A stretch of 64,000 nt of DNA from a virus: IMG/VR virus record IMGVR_UViG_3300009164_000056, positions 25,571 through 89,570 of that record. One strand, 5' to 3'. Both the position numbers and the translations under genes were made by a program. Under the pieces are notes generated by a model. It searched no databases. It was not told where the DNA came from and was given only the letters and a program-made list of their open reading frames with translations. Positions 41,601 to 49,212 of the stretch are shown here, piece by piece; the stretch's first letter is position 1, and the number at the start of each line of letters is the position of its first letter.

Positions 41601-43242
41601 TATTGCATCTGTAAATGAGAAAGCTGAACAAATAGATAAGTTGTTTGACAAAGATGCTATGATGGATTTAAATCCAATATACAAAAGCAAAACTTGGCAG
41701 TCAAAATACCTTGAAATATTTAATCAAATTAGAAATGATTTATTGCCTGCTACATTTTTATCAGCTAGTGAGAATTTCCAATCAATACTTACTAAAGTTT
41801 TGGACAATGTTAACTCTGATTCAATTGAATTTACTGAGGAAACTAAAGCAAAAATCTCAAGAGACTTGTTATCATATTTAACTATAAAAGCATATGAGCA
41901 AAATAAATTAAATAATGATCCTCAATCTGTAGCAACATTAAATAATAATTTAGTTTACCCTGGTGGCGGATATGAATCAATTAATGATGTAGTTGATAGA
42001 ATGCGTACAACAGAAGCAGGTCAAAACAATTTTTTCTTGGATAACTTTGCAATAAGCATTAAAGCAACAGATGCTAAAAATCAATCTGGTTTGAACTTGC
42101 TTAATGCAAATACATTTAGAAGTTTAAATGCTGGGCAAAAAGTTGACTTACAAAATTCATTTGCTAAACTATATGGATCATTAGAAACAAAAGATGATGC
42201 TTTATCTATAATCAATTACATAATGGTTAAAGATGGTTTACAAGTTGGCTATGCATCTTTACTAGAAGCTATTAGCCCATTTACCATGGATTCTTATTTA
42301 AGTCAAATTGAAACTGCTAATAAAGCATTAAGAACTAATGATGACGCAAATATCAAAAAGGTATTTGGTTTAAATAGAGCTCAATTAGAATCTGACTTTG
42401 TTAATAATTATTTACAATCAAATATTAATGGGCCTTTGTTATACACTATTAATAGAAGTGAAATAGGAGCATTGCCTAAAGGTATAAGCATTAAAGAAAA
42501 TAAGATTACAATTAAGTGGGAAGATATGTATGGCACATCTCCTAAAGATTTTGTAAGATTAAAACTTGAAGATATTGCTACAGGATTTGTTACTTACAAA
42601 ACATATATGTCTACAACTCAAGATGAGTCAACAACAAAAGTATATGAAGAAATAGAAACAAAAGGATCTAATCAACAAACCGCAATTGGATTTATGTTTG
42701 GAGAAAGACCTACGTATAAAGCTGTAAGACAATCAATTAAGATTAAAAACTTAGGAGCTGAACAAGATTCATTTACTGATAGCATTCAATTTGATGAGAT
42801 GTCTTTTGCACAAGGTGTTCAAACTGCAGCATTACAAGATGAAGATGCAGTTATTGATGCAACTGAATTTGGTGTTAATGTTAATGGTAATAACATTGCT
42901 AACATTAGTGCATTAGAAGCAATGCTTACTGCTGAATCAAAAGAAAAGGTAGAAGAAACTAAATCAGATATTATTGAAACTGGTGTGGCAACAACTTTAG
43001 TTGATTCAATGAGTGATCTTGAAAGAGAGTTATATGAAGAGTTTGCAGCTGAAGTAGAAAATAATTATTCTGCAATTGAGAATTTCTGGGATGCTAATAT
43101 TCAAAAGAACTCAGATGCTAAAGAAAATCTGAGACTAAATAATAATGTGTTATCTTTGGAAGATCTTATAGATATGTACAATAAAGGTATATACACAAGT
43201 CAAGAAGAATTTATTGAACAAATAAAACAATGTAATTTATAA
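29692..43242 (+). CDS. Giant virion-packaged RNA polymerase polyprotein (crAss-type) with zincin protease-like domain
   Basis: 4516 aa. GADFDIDK (nt ~40363-40386) is the crAss/phi14:2 gp66-type catalytic motif, with upstream VRIPSQ. Also YHEAFH...EEYLADEF zincin motif (nt ~35956) and Gly/Ala-rich hydrophobic N-terminal helices. Confidence 0.92.
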   Translation: MENQVENNSLDQTILNNQVTENVIPKDNSFQPVMDMFDSEENNALMSRMDLAQLQQLDALKPLIDSTGIRANGNAAARRPTLSSNTFDPVLQQNPPNLNEPGGFERMMEQNVKTGFQQQQKSIKPGTGVAAPAFTGMVQSNFMRYYEHPEFQKLGWKPFADNEAYYNANSTIYDDMSRMWGQFGSLAGTGFMGGYRSIGSMFTGESMVTDLKSANEFEDAMAIGNSSRGGALAWTNNLLLNSAYTVGIIGSIAAEELALAALEVGTFGGATPLVAARTTANAARLARAVGQATTVGRLYSAGRGMMTTLKGLDAAKDFWSVARAGGKMTAGLFAPETLAAVKRLKTTEVVAQNLTNMAKASEYAGSFYRDVRALNLALSESKLEGGMVYNQLIKDGMDIKFAENNGGPVTTEQVADIQNNAHKAAFATTMTNMPVIYLTNKLVLGNSLGGFNKSLGRVFNEQAKGIGSRIIKTAQTVGKDGVKSLSPFKDAGTGLKGLITTIGNAGVKGNLTKLGQGSLRYFAANLGEGVQELSQEAISAGTKNYYTSLLKDPMNGGPELFNASVKAGIGEQFSAQGFDVFMSGFLMGGVVSGPQKLFFQGVPALYQRVANPEKYAEYKQNKEDYIKSVVDTYNAVWNTQAEDPNAMFDPKKYNFLQQKAAATGKTLASIANDQFDFIDETDFAKFQQIHTVLSTGGAALFQDQLVDYMKMSDEDLATAFPSSKKDIKNGKIRERLQSMVNQIDKTEDVYQQSKDRNPNPFMPEAYERGSRQWTEETIKKVAFEHARYLYMFTQDGFTRALERSNSIYQSLTSDPLFDKMAASDLTVLLDQDSIDKEIQMLTEEAIVLSGDKINESKVKQKTERIERLSAFKNVLLENQTKDGSFDKRKMGLLRNEFEKYVKHMANQSGTFVNKENIDAALKQIIDYTALKGRAKVYDKTIEYLNDPQKFDLVFERTAEVLKEQYKNRKSIFEQQVRDYVGVIERNELANQIAKLGFIPNNTEMKMFLETGDSRYLKTFYNQKGEQLSAYDKQDLEDIQALLNDYEETRPDKKVEEVKDEEEVAEEARTEVDDILDGINIEVSVKDSVVLDNTMKKAYAKYAAKQTAAGKKPITLDKWINSEDGKNHRAAFIAVKKIWIDNDTLINPNNPLTEAEIQSESKLIPWLQSQEGKTNDLVQNVVNALGLTIDDVTGQTELLPAEGEAVEGNKNITIVKKGNTVSLIELKTVDSQGNISTSYQLVDQFKQPLEEELLNRFNVPSFGIFVEGDKVKALSMQKAIDDAAPDTTSFIFDDVELNYGQLVYDQTGKEFIVVSQPKQVGTERKLLVVPSDEISPSIEETKKATFSVKPGEFKASFNVQALDLKVLPQSVSRLNINEPIQPYAYRNKDAATNQWLETPEQATARYNLVMSMLSSEELNELELIVTLDPEGGLNNGNLIIPGFKEANPYIQTIRANYSVGIRTSNPNVQAKIDAAIEKNGLNKSNSPNGVFGFMQNANFVITNSQGTVINPATMTADEYKNIVYTPEGMDVNLEEDLKRAQNNFALNNLLSSMLPELVANNPDGVIALSKLPNGLSFISKPGVTMYDKSPKPLGDLQYSTADEEGNYLIYQLENNKGGARTKVAISNLEGEERRQLIDRVEESLTKQGLLDSITSLTDAYVAAVLLPDGSYALVNLKAKSIDLNAKFLELINRSETTLSDNPEANAEKFDKRFNVDYNKALRSELFISAKPGYRLSLQVSPWGKIELEISDSNNKQIGIVRLNKSEISNKDLSVDDKLNLLLDKFNALPAVVAADVNLTAANFRASYSREAGVQEILDKTTTQVAPQVVSNNAIQLSADSSAIQAAKNIPIVQRTAFVSTEEIPVGIDEIVLDLDTAGKRLDIEKRRKAELDELKRKRQFDKKNTDPINARYDAELAALDSSKEVVITSEEKADAVNTDNINPEDINVDDINALRNGVRLNKLEGVKQQLETLKAKLTEGLVGAAKIKAVKESKEYQDLLAERKKLESEANKIVSIEDAVADAEDINVFTEWASQNLPSFITIEDIKTLGDNLKAGGVRVGAFVLGLNDIGGGLTVNGTLFTGAKSPFKYHEAFHGVFRMLLTDAEIKKYLAIARKEVRAKLRAEGKNFEAELERFRNSANTYSDMSRERLEQEYYEEYLADEFEKFKANAKSTQTDSSVKSLFTRIMEWIKSVFSSFTKNQLLTLYENIDAGKFKNAGVSQNQFVTSMMTGIALEANALLPYDTEQNANNKVGYYFLDSAIAEPLVSSIAAMYIQEVQKVRDPNVKRGDILENVMNDFAALYDEETEANQKLSDEQKKFLPQISEVFYNFSDELKSEVYKVLNIITKQTQEEEYNNEYFEEEVGLRNVEQYSMDASMIGGFGSLSEGLRSYLATTTIEETDYFGNKELKPGVKLIVPINFTSAYNGLLKAVKNIDDSKKMLQNMYFFGLDNPQTGAVVTRLLQDFGISVETLLEAGPLPTEIKNAALFTSVVKGFTTFRVDYLFVQRDNAGAVLIYSAAQRDDINSQLESWSQAWGQAEKKIKSDVKVKNETVRTLEDFASYLKPSDTKLTGPKLSELSSKYSQDIFRLTGIKLSKQFIAFSIASSRNNPTVAQAALVNANSEQTPISYSDILEMNKLIQQGNDIFSEGETGASSRLRTLAIQNAPFDETIGASVFKNPEGNLVYAHQLPTFHLKRIQELNDVAELERLKGSDPYLTNNFLLNSDAFIQMSAENRQRVLRIAGSSVGKINSTEEELNDKISGVSNKSSYGNYTPQEFALSILNTYTALLNTKSNKVDTVEYFDDVLNKNVKAALAPILIRVLEASNTGDLMYLPVVKAVRFEKAGAGKVVLTDEIINAFVNRIESEYDRIRRESNPETKTEETQLGYNTEDGRAFQLINSGLLLTPELKVSLEEIAKREDAPSLKEALKELNVTDKTFRSVVNTQLESQYTKFSEGLAELQIEDQLGKSITEGLAATTKANQNLIESAELLNLTYDKEYNLKQIFFNDWINTTSINDVLLGDQAVTLKDGVDAVKRAKMQNAAYYSAYTSISAKDLGVMHTVDDISLVSLEEPVGVSTLTGKNIDRSDAQMWMTTKAFRYMWFGFGKLTPAQAKLIDKIEAGEDISSEELFGQDGYVDMGSMLNSKKLVYGDGKTFIKMSAFVLTPQLTSNKVVDENGNVTFVPKETKVDLHNLRVKLEAIEKTKDTISIAAPLSALKMLKQRVNPLSDLGNTNSFTNGHTTLSAKYMGLQVLTPSNKTEVIDPTQVKNIVTSEQKDSVYVEALGMTVGQIRTAYNLATSAKVELKFKNKRNLIFSFEKGMQELAISKQNNKITPNLTAFLRYATEGLKASQASSNLLEFFSTQDGEQKYDLNNPITLNKFEQLFLSYLSKGALAEKAPGHAVALVSDFGTKVYRRVFSVDENGVPDRSEIIRENVWNSLANKPQLGEYDTLSITLKDNKNGVVILDRLRSGVKEYDKDGKFTGERYTEMLMPAHFKSVMDLVENTNSAFPDVLSKMFAVRIPSQDNHSTINVKHVDFLPGFYGSSAMFAQELIEISGADFDIDKVYMQIKEFYEDKGQFYEYGKQTTDNGKYTDYLRYVSEKVNQPGTTYAEALDLYRNNLQASSIANSVTDIEQEIASDAGLSENGIKALQILGLPITKDQYLEYKKNFREPYEAPMNNAILDYKYALMGNTGVTETTNENETPISYTSASLQILTDSLKELEEVLPGLLERSREDNIDINNIIGKIKAFTNNKGAAIGAIVLPNVYLSLLTEYGITINDKGPKISVNGITYDDFGVTREQLANGLEGLRKQDIISALITMATDNAKERLVAKLGLNKHALGVVANLTALGVPIKTSLLLINNPMIQDIYSQALNKKDKLDPGVNSILNSILADLTEKRKAVKLGDAKSIEAIKVNDNLLIDAFNNPEEVTNNEKIAILNLFSNAVQVKDFTSNMSAVAGLTNGLGKDIASVNEKAEQIDKLFDKDAMMDLNPIYKSKTWQSKYLEIFNQIRNDLLPATFLSASENFQSILTKVLDNVNSDSIEFTEETKAKISRDLLSYLTIKAYEQNKLNNDPQSVATLNNNLVYPGGGYESINDVVDRMRTTEAGQNNFFLDNFAISIKATDAKNQSGLNLLNANTFRSLNAGQKVDLQNSFAKLYGSLETKDDALSIINYIMVKDGLQVGYASLLEAISPFTMDSYLSQIETANKALRTNDDANIKKVFGLNRAQLESDFVNNYLQSNINGPLLYTINRSEIGALPKGISIKENKITIKWEDMYGTSPKDFVRLKLEDIATGFVTYKTYMSTTQDESTTKVYEEIETKGSNQQTAIGFMFGERPTYKAVRQSIKIKNLGAEQDSFTDSIQFDEMSFAQGVQTAALQDEDAVIDATEFGVNVNGNNIANISALEAMLTAESKEKVEETKSDIIETGVATTLVDSMSDLERELYEEFAAEVENNYSAIENFWDANIQKNSDAKENLRLNNNVLSLEDLIDMYNKGIYTSQEEFIEQIKQCNL

Positions 43243-43248
43243 TAAGCT

Positions 43249-46200
43249 ATGGCAAGATGTCCTAACAAAAACACACCGGAATATAAAGCTTTACAAGAAG
43301 TTTATAAAAGTGAAATTGCAACAAACAATATCATTAATAGTTGGCAAGATGCAAACAACACAGAAGTATTTCCTACTGTAGTTGAGGCACAACAATTTGC
43401 TAAATATAATAAAGTTGCTTTTGCATTAAAACAAAAAAGTTTTGCTGAGAGTTTATTAAACAATTTAAGAGATAAAAAATTAATTCATAATAAATATGGA
43501 TTGAATTTAATCAATGTAACTAATCCGGATCTTTTCTATACTGATAGAGTTTATGATAGAACAGTTGTTGAAAGTAACCGCAATAAAATTATTGAATATT
43601 TAAAGGCAAACAATATTCCTTTAGATGCTGTTTCAATTACAGCAACTGATAAAACATATAAGATAGAAGTAAATGAAAATATGTTTACTCCAAAAGATAT
43701 GTTGGAATCTTCAAGATCTTGGGATACACCAAGAGCTAGAGCTGTTGTTATGCATTTGATGAGAATGTTTCCACAAATACAAGTTAAAATGCTTAGTGTT
43801 GGTGAAGCAGAAATTCTTTTTGATTCAATTCCTGAATGGCAAAAAGGTAATGTTAAATTTAAAGAAGTAAATTCATTTTATGTTGGTGGTGTTGCATACT
43901 TAGTTAAAGGAAGAGTAACAGATGAGACTGCTATTGAAGAAATGTTACATCCATTTATTGATGCAATTAAAATAGATAACCCAGAATTGTTTAGCACTTT
44001 ATTAGCAGAAGCTAAGTTAAACTTTCCTGAAATGGTTCAATCTATTACAGAAGCATATAATAAGGATAGAAGTTTTAGTTCATTAGAAAGAGATCTTGAA
44101 ATTGTAACTCAAGCATTGTCTAGACACTTCAATAAAGAATATGAAACAACTCCAACCAAAAGATTCTTAGATAAGATTAAAGAAGCACTGGACTGGTTTT
44201 TAAATGTTATTAATAATTTAAATGAATATATGACAGGTAAACCATTATCTGTAAAAGACATTAATAACAAAACTAACTTTAGTGATATTGCTAAACTTTT
44301 AAATACAGAGGGTATACGTTTTAAACTTGAGAGTAAAGCAAATGGTAAAGTAAGATATTCATTGTCTCCTGAGAAACAAAAAATAGTAGACAAAGCTTTG
44401 GATAAATCTAATAGTATACAACAAGAGATAATTAAAAAACTATTTCATGTTGCTGTTAGTTCAAAAGAAGAGATAGATTCATTGTCTGCAAACTTAAGTG
44501 ACACTGCTTCTGCTAATACAATTGTGGTCCTTAATAAAGAAGATCACACATATGTGGATATTACCAACCGTGAAATCTATAAGTCAGTTACTACAGCAAT
44601 TAAAGGACAATTAGCAAATGAAGAAGATGTACAACTTAATTTAGCAATTGGTAATGATGTAGATGCTTTATTAGATGCAATTATATCAGAGCAATCATTT
44701 GATGAAGCATTCCCTAAAATGAAAGTTTTAGATAAAGAATTAGCCGGAAGAATGTTTGATATGTTAGAAGAACAGATTACTCAGTTAATTCCTCAAGGTG
44801 CCGTTGGTATTTCACAAGTAGTTGTATTTGATGAAGCAACAAAGCTTGCTGGTACAGCTGACTTAGTTGTTATTGATAAGAATGGTAAGATTAGAATTGT
44901 TGATTTAAAGACAAGTAAAAATTCTATTTATGATAGAACTTTTGTTGATGCTGTTAAAAATAAAATACCAGGTAGAACTCAAGGTACAAAATATGAGTTA
45001 AAAGAATATGAATTAAAAGAAGACATGCCTGCTTTAGATGCAAAAGGAAATCCTATTTTAAATGCTGATGGCTCACCAAAAATATATCTTGGTAGTGATC
45101 TTAAAAAATTATATGGAGTTGACAAACTATCAACTATAGCTCAACACAATCTTCAAGTAAACCTTTACAGACGTATGTTTGAGAATATGGGTTACACTGT
45201 GTATGAAGGTGACGGTGGTGCAATTACATTTCATATACAAGCAGATATAACTGGTGTAGGAAAAGATCAAGTATTTAATAATAACTTTAGATTAGATGGT
45301 AGAGTAGAACACCCTATATCTGAAAACTTATTGTATGTTAATATGCTTGTCCCTTCTGTAATGAATAATACAGAAAAAGAAAGTCTTGATAAAGCAATTG
45401 ATGCAGCTGAAGATGCTATCTACCGTGGTGATAAAGATGTTGATGCATCAGAAAAAATTGCTGATACAATTGAAGCTCAAGAATATCCTGAGTACAATAC
45501 TATTTTTGATGCATTACAAAACTATAGTGTTGCTTTAATGGAGCAAGATAAGGCGTTAGATAGACTTAAGACTAATGTTTATAGAGACAAAACCAAAGAA
45601 CAAACACGTGATGATATTGCGAGTACACTAGCATACATTGCTAGTAACATTAATACTGGTCCAATAGCAAGATCTCAAACTTATACTAATCTATTAAGAG
45701 CTTCTTTAAATCAAATGCAGAAATTTACTGCTTATGTTGAAGATCCAGCTAATGTAAACAAACCTGAGTATATTACATATGCATTAAACTTTAATAGATT
45801 CTTAAGTACATTTGAAGCTTTGTATTCAATTAAAGATTCTAAAGAACTTAATGCTACACAAAGAACATTGGTTCTTCAAATGCAACTTGAACAAAATAAA
45901 CTTTTAGGTACTAATGGTAATGAAGGTTTGATCAATGATGCTATTATAAATTATGTAAAAGAAACTATTAGAACTAGATCAACAAATGATTGGGGTGGTA
46001 AGGGTAGTGGTTTTACAGAAGATATGTTAGATGATCTTTTAGTTATGGCTCCAGATATTGCAATGGATGCATTAAATGTTCAAGATATGGCTACTCAAAA
46101 AGATACCATACTTGCAGTAATGGATAAAATATATAAGAGTCAAAAACAAAAACTTTTAGATAGAATAGAAGAAAGAGAATTTGCAATTAGAAATGCTGGT

Positions 46201-49026
46201 AATCAATTACTAAAACTTTCAGGAAATAAAGATATGCAAAGTCTTTATGATTTTATGTTGGAGTATGATAAGGACGGTCAATTTACAGGGTTTTATACTC
46301 AAAAAATTGGTCAAGAATATTATAATATGCAACAGTCATTAAGAAGTGAACTATATGATGACAATGGTAATCCATATGAATACAGAGATGTAAGTAATCT
46401 AGATAAAGCAAAACCAGAAGACATTAAATATAATATTGAATTAGCTAAAAAGAAATCTGCATTTAGCAAATTCTTTCAAGCTGAAAGTTCAAATGCTGAT
46501 GGTGAATTAATTGATGGTGAATTTCATAAATACTCTAATGAATTTAAAGATGCCAGAAGCAGATATGAATTTTGGGTACCATCTAAAAATAAAGAATATG
46601 GAACTTGGTATAGAAAACCAAGAATATCAGATAGAGACTATGCTGTATATGAAGCTAAGTATTATAACTTTGGTACATATACTAAAGCATTAAGAGCTAA
46701 TGGTGAACCAACAGGAGCAATAGCAAAAGAACAAGTATTACGTTCTCCAAAGGTTCAGTTTAGAGTGGCAAGAGAAATATCAGAATCTGGTAAAGACATG
46801 CGTAGTGAAAAGTATAGAGCATTAATGGATCCTAATAAAACAGATGCATTAAGTGTGGCTCAAAGAAATTTCTACAACATGTTTATAAAGTATTATGAAA
46901 CTGAATTATTGAATAAATTACCACAAGGTATTAAAGATCAGATGGCAGGACGTGTTCCTATTGTTAAAAATAATGTTTTAGATACATTAAAGAATCAACC
47001 AAATGTTGTTACTAAAATGTACGCTAATATGGTTAGAGGTATTAAAAACTTTACTCAAGAAACAGCAACACAAAAGAATGTTTTACTTGATGAGCAAGGT
47101 AACTTTGTTAATTCACTTCCTATATTTTATACAGGTAAAGTAAGAGTTGATGAAGATCTTAAAAATGTTGAGACAGAAATAACAGCATTACAAGATAAAA
47201 AGAAAAAAGGAACAATTGGCCCAGAACAATATAAAACAGAGTTAGCATTACTTAATGGTAAAGCAGCACAACTTAGAAGTCAACCTTCATTGGGTGAACT
47301 TAATAAAGATATGACTACTGCTTTAATCAAGTTTAGTGCAATGGCTGAACATTATGAGGTAATGGGTGAAATTGAAGATACTCTTACTGCAATGGTAAAA
47401 GTTATTGAAAATAGAACTTATACTCCAGCAGATCCTGCAATTATTACAGGAACTAGGATTGATAGTAAATTTAAAAAAGTAGGAACAATTAAAGGTTCTG
47501 ATTCTAATGCTTTGAGAAGAGCTAAGAAATACATGTCAATGATTTACTATGACAATGAACTTGCAACAAAAGGTATGATTGATAAGATTGCTGATGAACT
47601 TATTGGTATATCTTCATTATCTTATGTAGCATTTAACCCATTTGGTAACCTTAATAACTATGTTATGGGTAGGATCAACAATGGTATTGAAATGTTAGGA
47701 AGTAGATACTTTAGCAAACAAAACTATGCTAGAGCTTCTAAAGAATATAATGTACACGGTGTTTCTGGATTGCTAACAAGAACAAGTACGGCTTTAACTG
47801 ATATTGCTGATATTGCTACATTAGGAAAAACAGGATTAAAAAAATCTGATTATGATGCAGATAAACCTAACAGTAAATATGAAGCATTTGTAGACATGTT
47901 TAGAATGATGGACAAGGCTACAGATATCCGTGAAAATACTTCTGAGTTTGATAGCAAATCTATTTGGTCAAGATTTAAAGAATGGGGTTATGTAATACAG
48001 GATGCTGCGGAATATAATGTACAAACTAAAGTTGGTATGGCCATACTTATGGATGTTACAATTAAAAACAGTAAGACCGGTGAAACACTATCTCTTTACG
48101 ATGCATTTCAATATAACTCAGAAACTCATAAGAATGAATTAATGCCTGGTTATGATACTATAGTTTCTAAAAATGGAACTGAGCAACCATACACTGATCA
48201 ATTCAGATATGATTTAAGAAATGAGATTAGAGAGGTCAATAAACAAATCCATGGTAACTATGCTAAAGAAGATAGAATGGTTATTCAGGGTCATACTCTT
48301 GGTAACTTAGCAACACAATTTCACAAGTGGGTTGCACCTGCAATTAGAGCTAGATTTAGAAGAGAATACTTTGATCAAAATTTAGGATGGATTGAAGGTA
48401 GATACAGATCTTTCTTTAAGTTTTTAAATCATGCTAAAAATGAAATGGTACGTGGTAATTTTAATATAAATCCTGCCAAGTATAATGAAAGTTTTAAAGA
48501 AGCATACGGCTTTACAGGTGATGGTGGTAATATAGATCAAAGAGCTGAAGACAAACTTAGAGGTTTTTATAGAACCACGGGTGAACTTGCTATTATGATG
48601 AGTGTTGTAGTACTAAATTCATTATTAGCAGGACTACTTGCAGGTGATGATGATGATGAAGAATTAACAAAAAGATTAAAAAATCTTGTAAGACTACAAG
48701 GAGATAGAACATATAAAGAGATGGTATTATTTACACCATTACCTGAAGGTTTAAAACAACAATATGCATTAATGAAATCACCAATTGCAACTACAAGAAC
48801 ATTAGGTGAATTGGGTGAAGCAGTATCATTAAGTTATATGACACCATTAGCTTATATATATGAAGGTAAGGATGAATTTTATGCTGATAAAGATTATGTA
48901 TATCAAAACAAACCTAATAAAGGTCAATTAAAAGTATACAAAAACTGGGCGGATGTTGTTCCTATTTTATACTCAATACAGAAGTGGGATAATATGATTA
49001 AAGCACAAGACTTCTATATCAAGTAA
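43249..49026 (+). CDS. Large virion protein with PD-(D/E)XK nuclease-like domain
   Basis: SVTT...GNDVD...AGTADLVVIDKNGKIRIVDLKTS...QVNLY; degenerate zincin-like EEMLH; hydrophobic helix near the C-terminus; follows the vRNAP gene. Confidence 0.75.
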   Translation: MARCPNKNTPEYKALQEVYKSEIATNNIINSWQDANNTEVFPTVVEAQQFAKYNKVAFALKQKSFAESLLNNLRDKKLIHNKYGLNLINVTNPDLFYTDRVYDRTVVESNRNKIIEYLKANNIPLDAVSITATDKTYKIEVNENMFTPKDMLESSRSWDTPRARAVVMHLMRMFPQIQVKMLSVGEAEILFDSIPEWQKGNVKFKEVNSFYVGGVAYLVKGRVTDETAIEEMLHPFIDAIKIDNPELFSTLLAEAKLNFPEMVQSITEAYNKDRSFSSLERDLEIVTQALSRHFNKEYETTPTKRFLDKIKEALDWFLNVINNLNEYMTGKPLSVKDINNKTNFSDIAKLLNTEGIRFKLESKANGKVRYSLSPEKQKIVDKALDKSNSIQQEIIKKLFHVAVSSKEEIDSLSANLSDTASANTIVVLNKEDHTYVDITNREIYKSVTTAIKGQLANEEDVQLNLAIGNDVDALLDAIISEQSFDEAFPKMKVLDKELAGRMFDMLEEQITQLIPQGAVGISQVVVFDEATKLAGTADLVVIDKNGKIRIVDLKTSKNSIYDRTFVDAVKNKIPGRTQGTKYELKEYELKEDMPALDAKGNPILNADGSPKIYLGSDLKKLYGVDKLSTIAQHNLQVNLYRRMFENMGYTVYEGDGGAITFHIQADITGVGKDQVFNNNFRLDGRVEHPISENLLYVNMLVPSVMNNTEKESLDKAIDAAEDAIYRGDKDVDASEKIADTIEAQEYPEYNTIFDALQNYSVALMEQDKALDRLKTNVYRDKTKEQTRDDIASTLAYIASNINTGPIARSQTYTNLLRASLNQMQKFTAYVEDPANVNKPEYITYALNFNRFLSTFEALYSIKDSKELNATQRTLVLQMQLEQNKLLGTNGNEGLINDAIINYVKETIRTRSTNDWGGKGSGFTEDMLDDLLVMAPDIAMDALNVQDMATQKDTILAVMDKIYKSQKQKLLDRIEEREFAIRNAGNQLLKLSGNKDMQSLYDFMLEYDKDGQFTGFYTQKIGQEYYNMQQSLRSELYDDNGNPYEYRDVSNLDKAKPEDIKYNIELAKKKSAFSKFFQAESSNADGELIDGEFHKYSNEFKDARSRYEFWVPSKNKEYGTWYRKPRISDRDYAVYEAKYYNFGTYTKALRANGEPTGAIAKEQVLRSPKVQFRVAREISESGKDMRSEKYRALMDPNKTDALSVAQRNFYNMFIKYYETELLNKLPQGIKDQMAGRVPIVKNNVLDTLKNQPNVVTKMYANMVRGIKNFTQETATQKNVLLDEQGNFVNSLPIFYTGKVRVDEDLKNVETEITALQDKKKKGTIGPEQYKTELALLNGKAAQLRSQPSLGELNKDMTTALIKFSAMAEHYEVMGEIEDTLTAMVKVIENRTYTPADPAIITGTRIDSKFKKVGTIKGSDSNALRRAKKYMSMIYYDNELATKGMIDKIADELIGISSLSYVAFNPFGNLNNYVMGRINNGIEMLGSRYFSKQNYARASKEYNVHGVSGLLTRTSTALTDIADIATLGKTGLKKSDYDADKPNSKYEAFVDMFRMMDKATDIRENTSEFDSKSIWSRFKEWGYVIQDAAEYNVQTKVGMAILMDVTIKNSKTGETLSLYDAFQYNSETHKNELMPGYDTIVSKNGTEQPYTDQFRYDLRNEIREVNKQIHGNYAKEDRMVIQGHTLGNLATQFHKWVAPAIRARFRREYFDQNLGWIEGRYRSFFKFLNHAKNEMVRGNFNINPAKYNESFKEAYGFTGDGGNIDQRAEDKLRGFYRTTGELAIMMSVVVLNSLLAGLLAGDDDDEELTKRLKNLVRLQGDRTYKEMVLFTPLPEGLKQQYALMKSPIATTRTLGELGEAVSLSYMTPLAYIYEGKDEFYADKDYVYQNKPNKGQLKVYKNWADVVPILYSIQKWDNMIKAQDFYIK

Positions 49027-49093
49027 TTATATGCAATTGCATATTGCAATACCCAATATGACCAATACTATATGTAGAAACATATAATGAATG

Positions 49094-49138
49094 AAAAAGC
49101 CATCATTAAACCCTAAAAAAGGACTTAGTGATGGCTTT
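49094..49138. terminator. Hairpin terminator between convergent units (U tract on - strand)
   Basis: AAAGCCATCATTAA (49096-49109) pairs with TTAGTGATGGCTTT (49125-49138). Confidence 0.75.
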
Positions 49139-49212
49139 AACATACATTATTAGGTTTGTTTTTTATACTGTGAGTATAAATATCTTCTATAAACTAAACC
49201 TATAGGTTGATT

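Noticed and set aside
210-46693. Many short alternative-frame or antisense ORFs inside large genes (e.g. 210..536, 795..1067, 35244..35669, 39096..39434, 41310..41690)
   Set aside because: Fully nested in well-supported genes and without motifs; consistent with shadows of biased codon usage.
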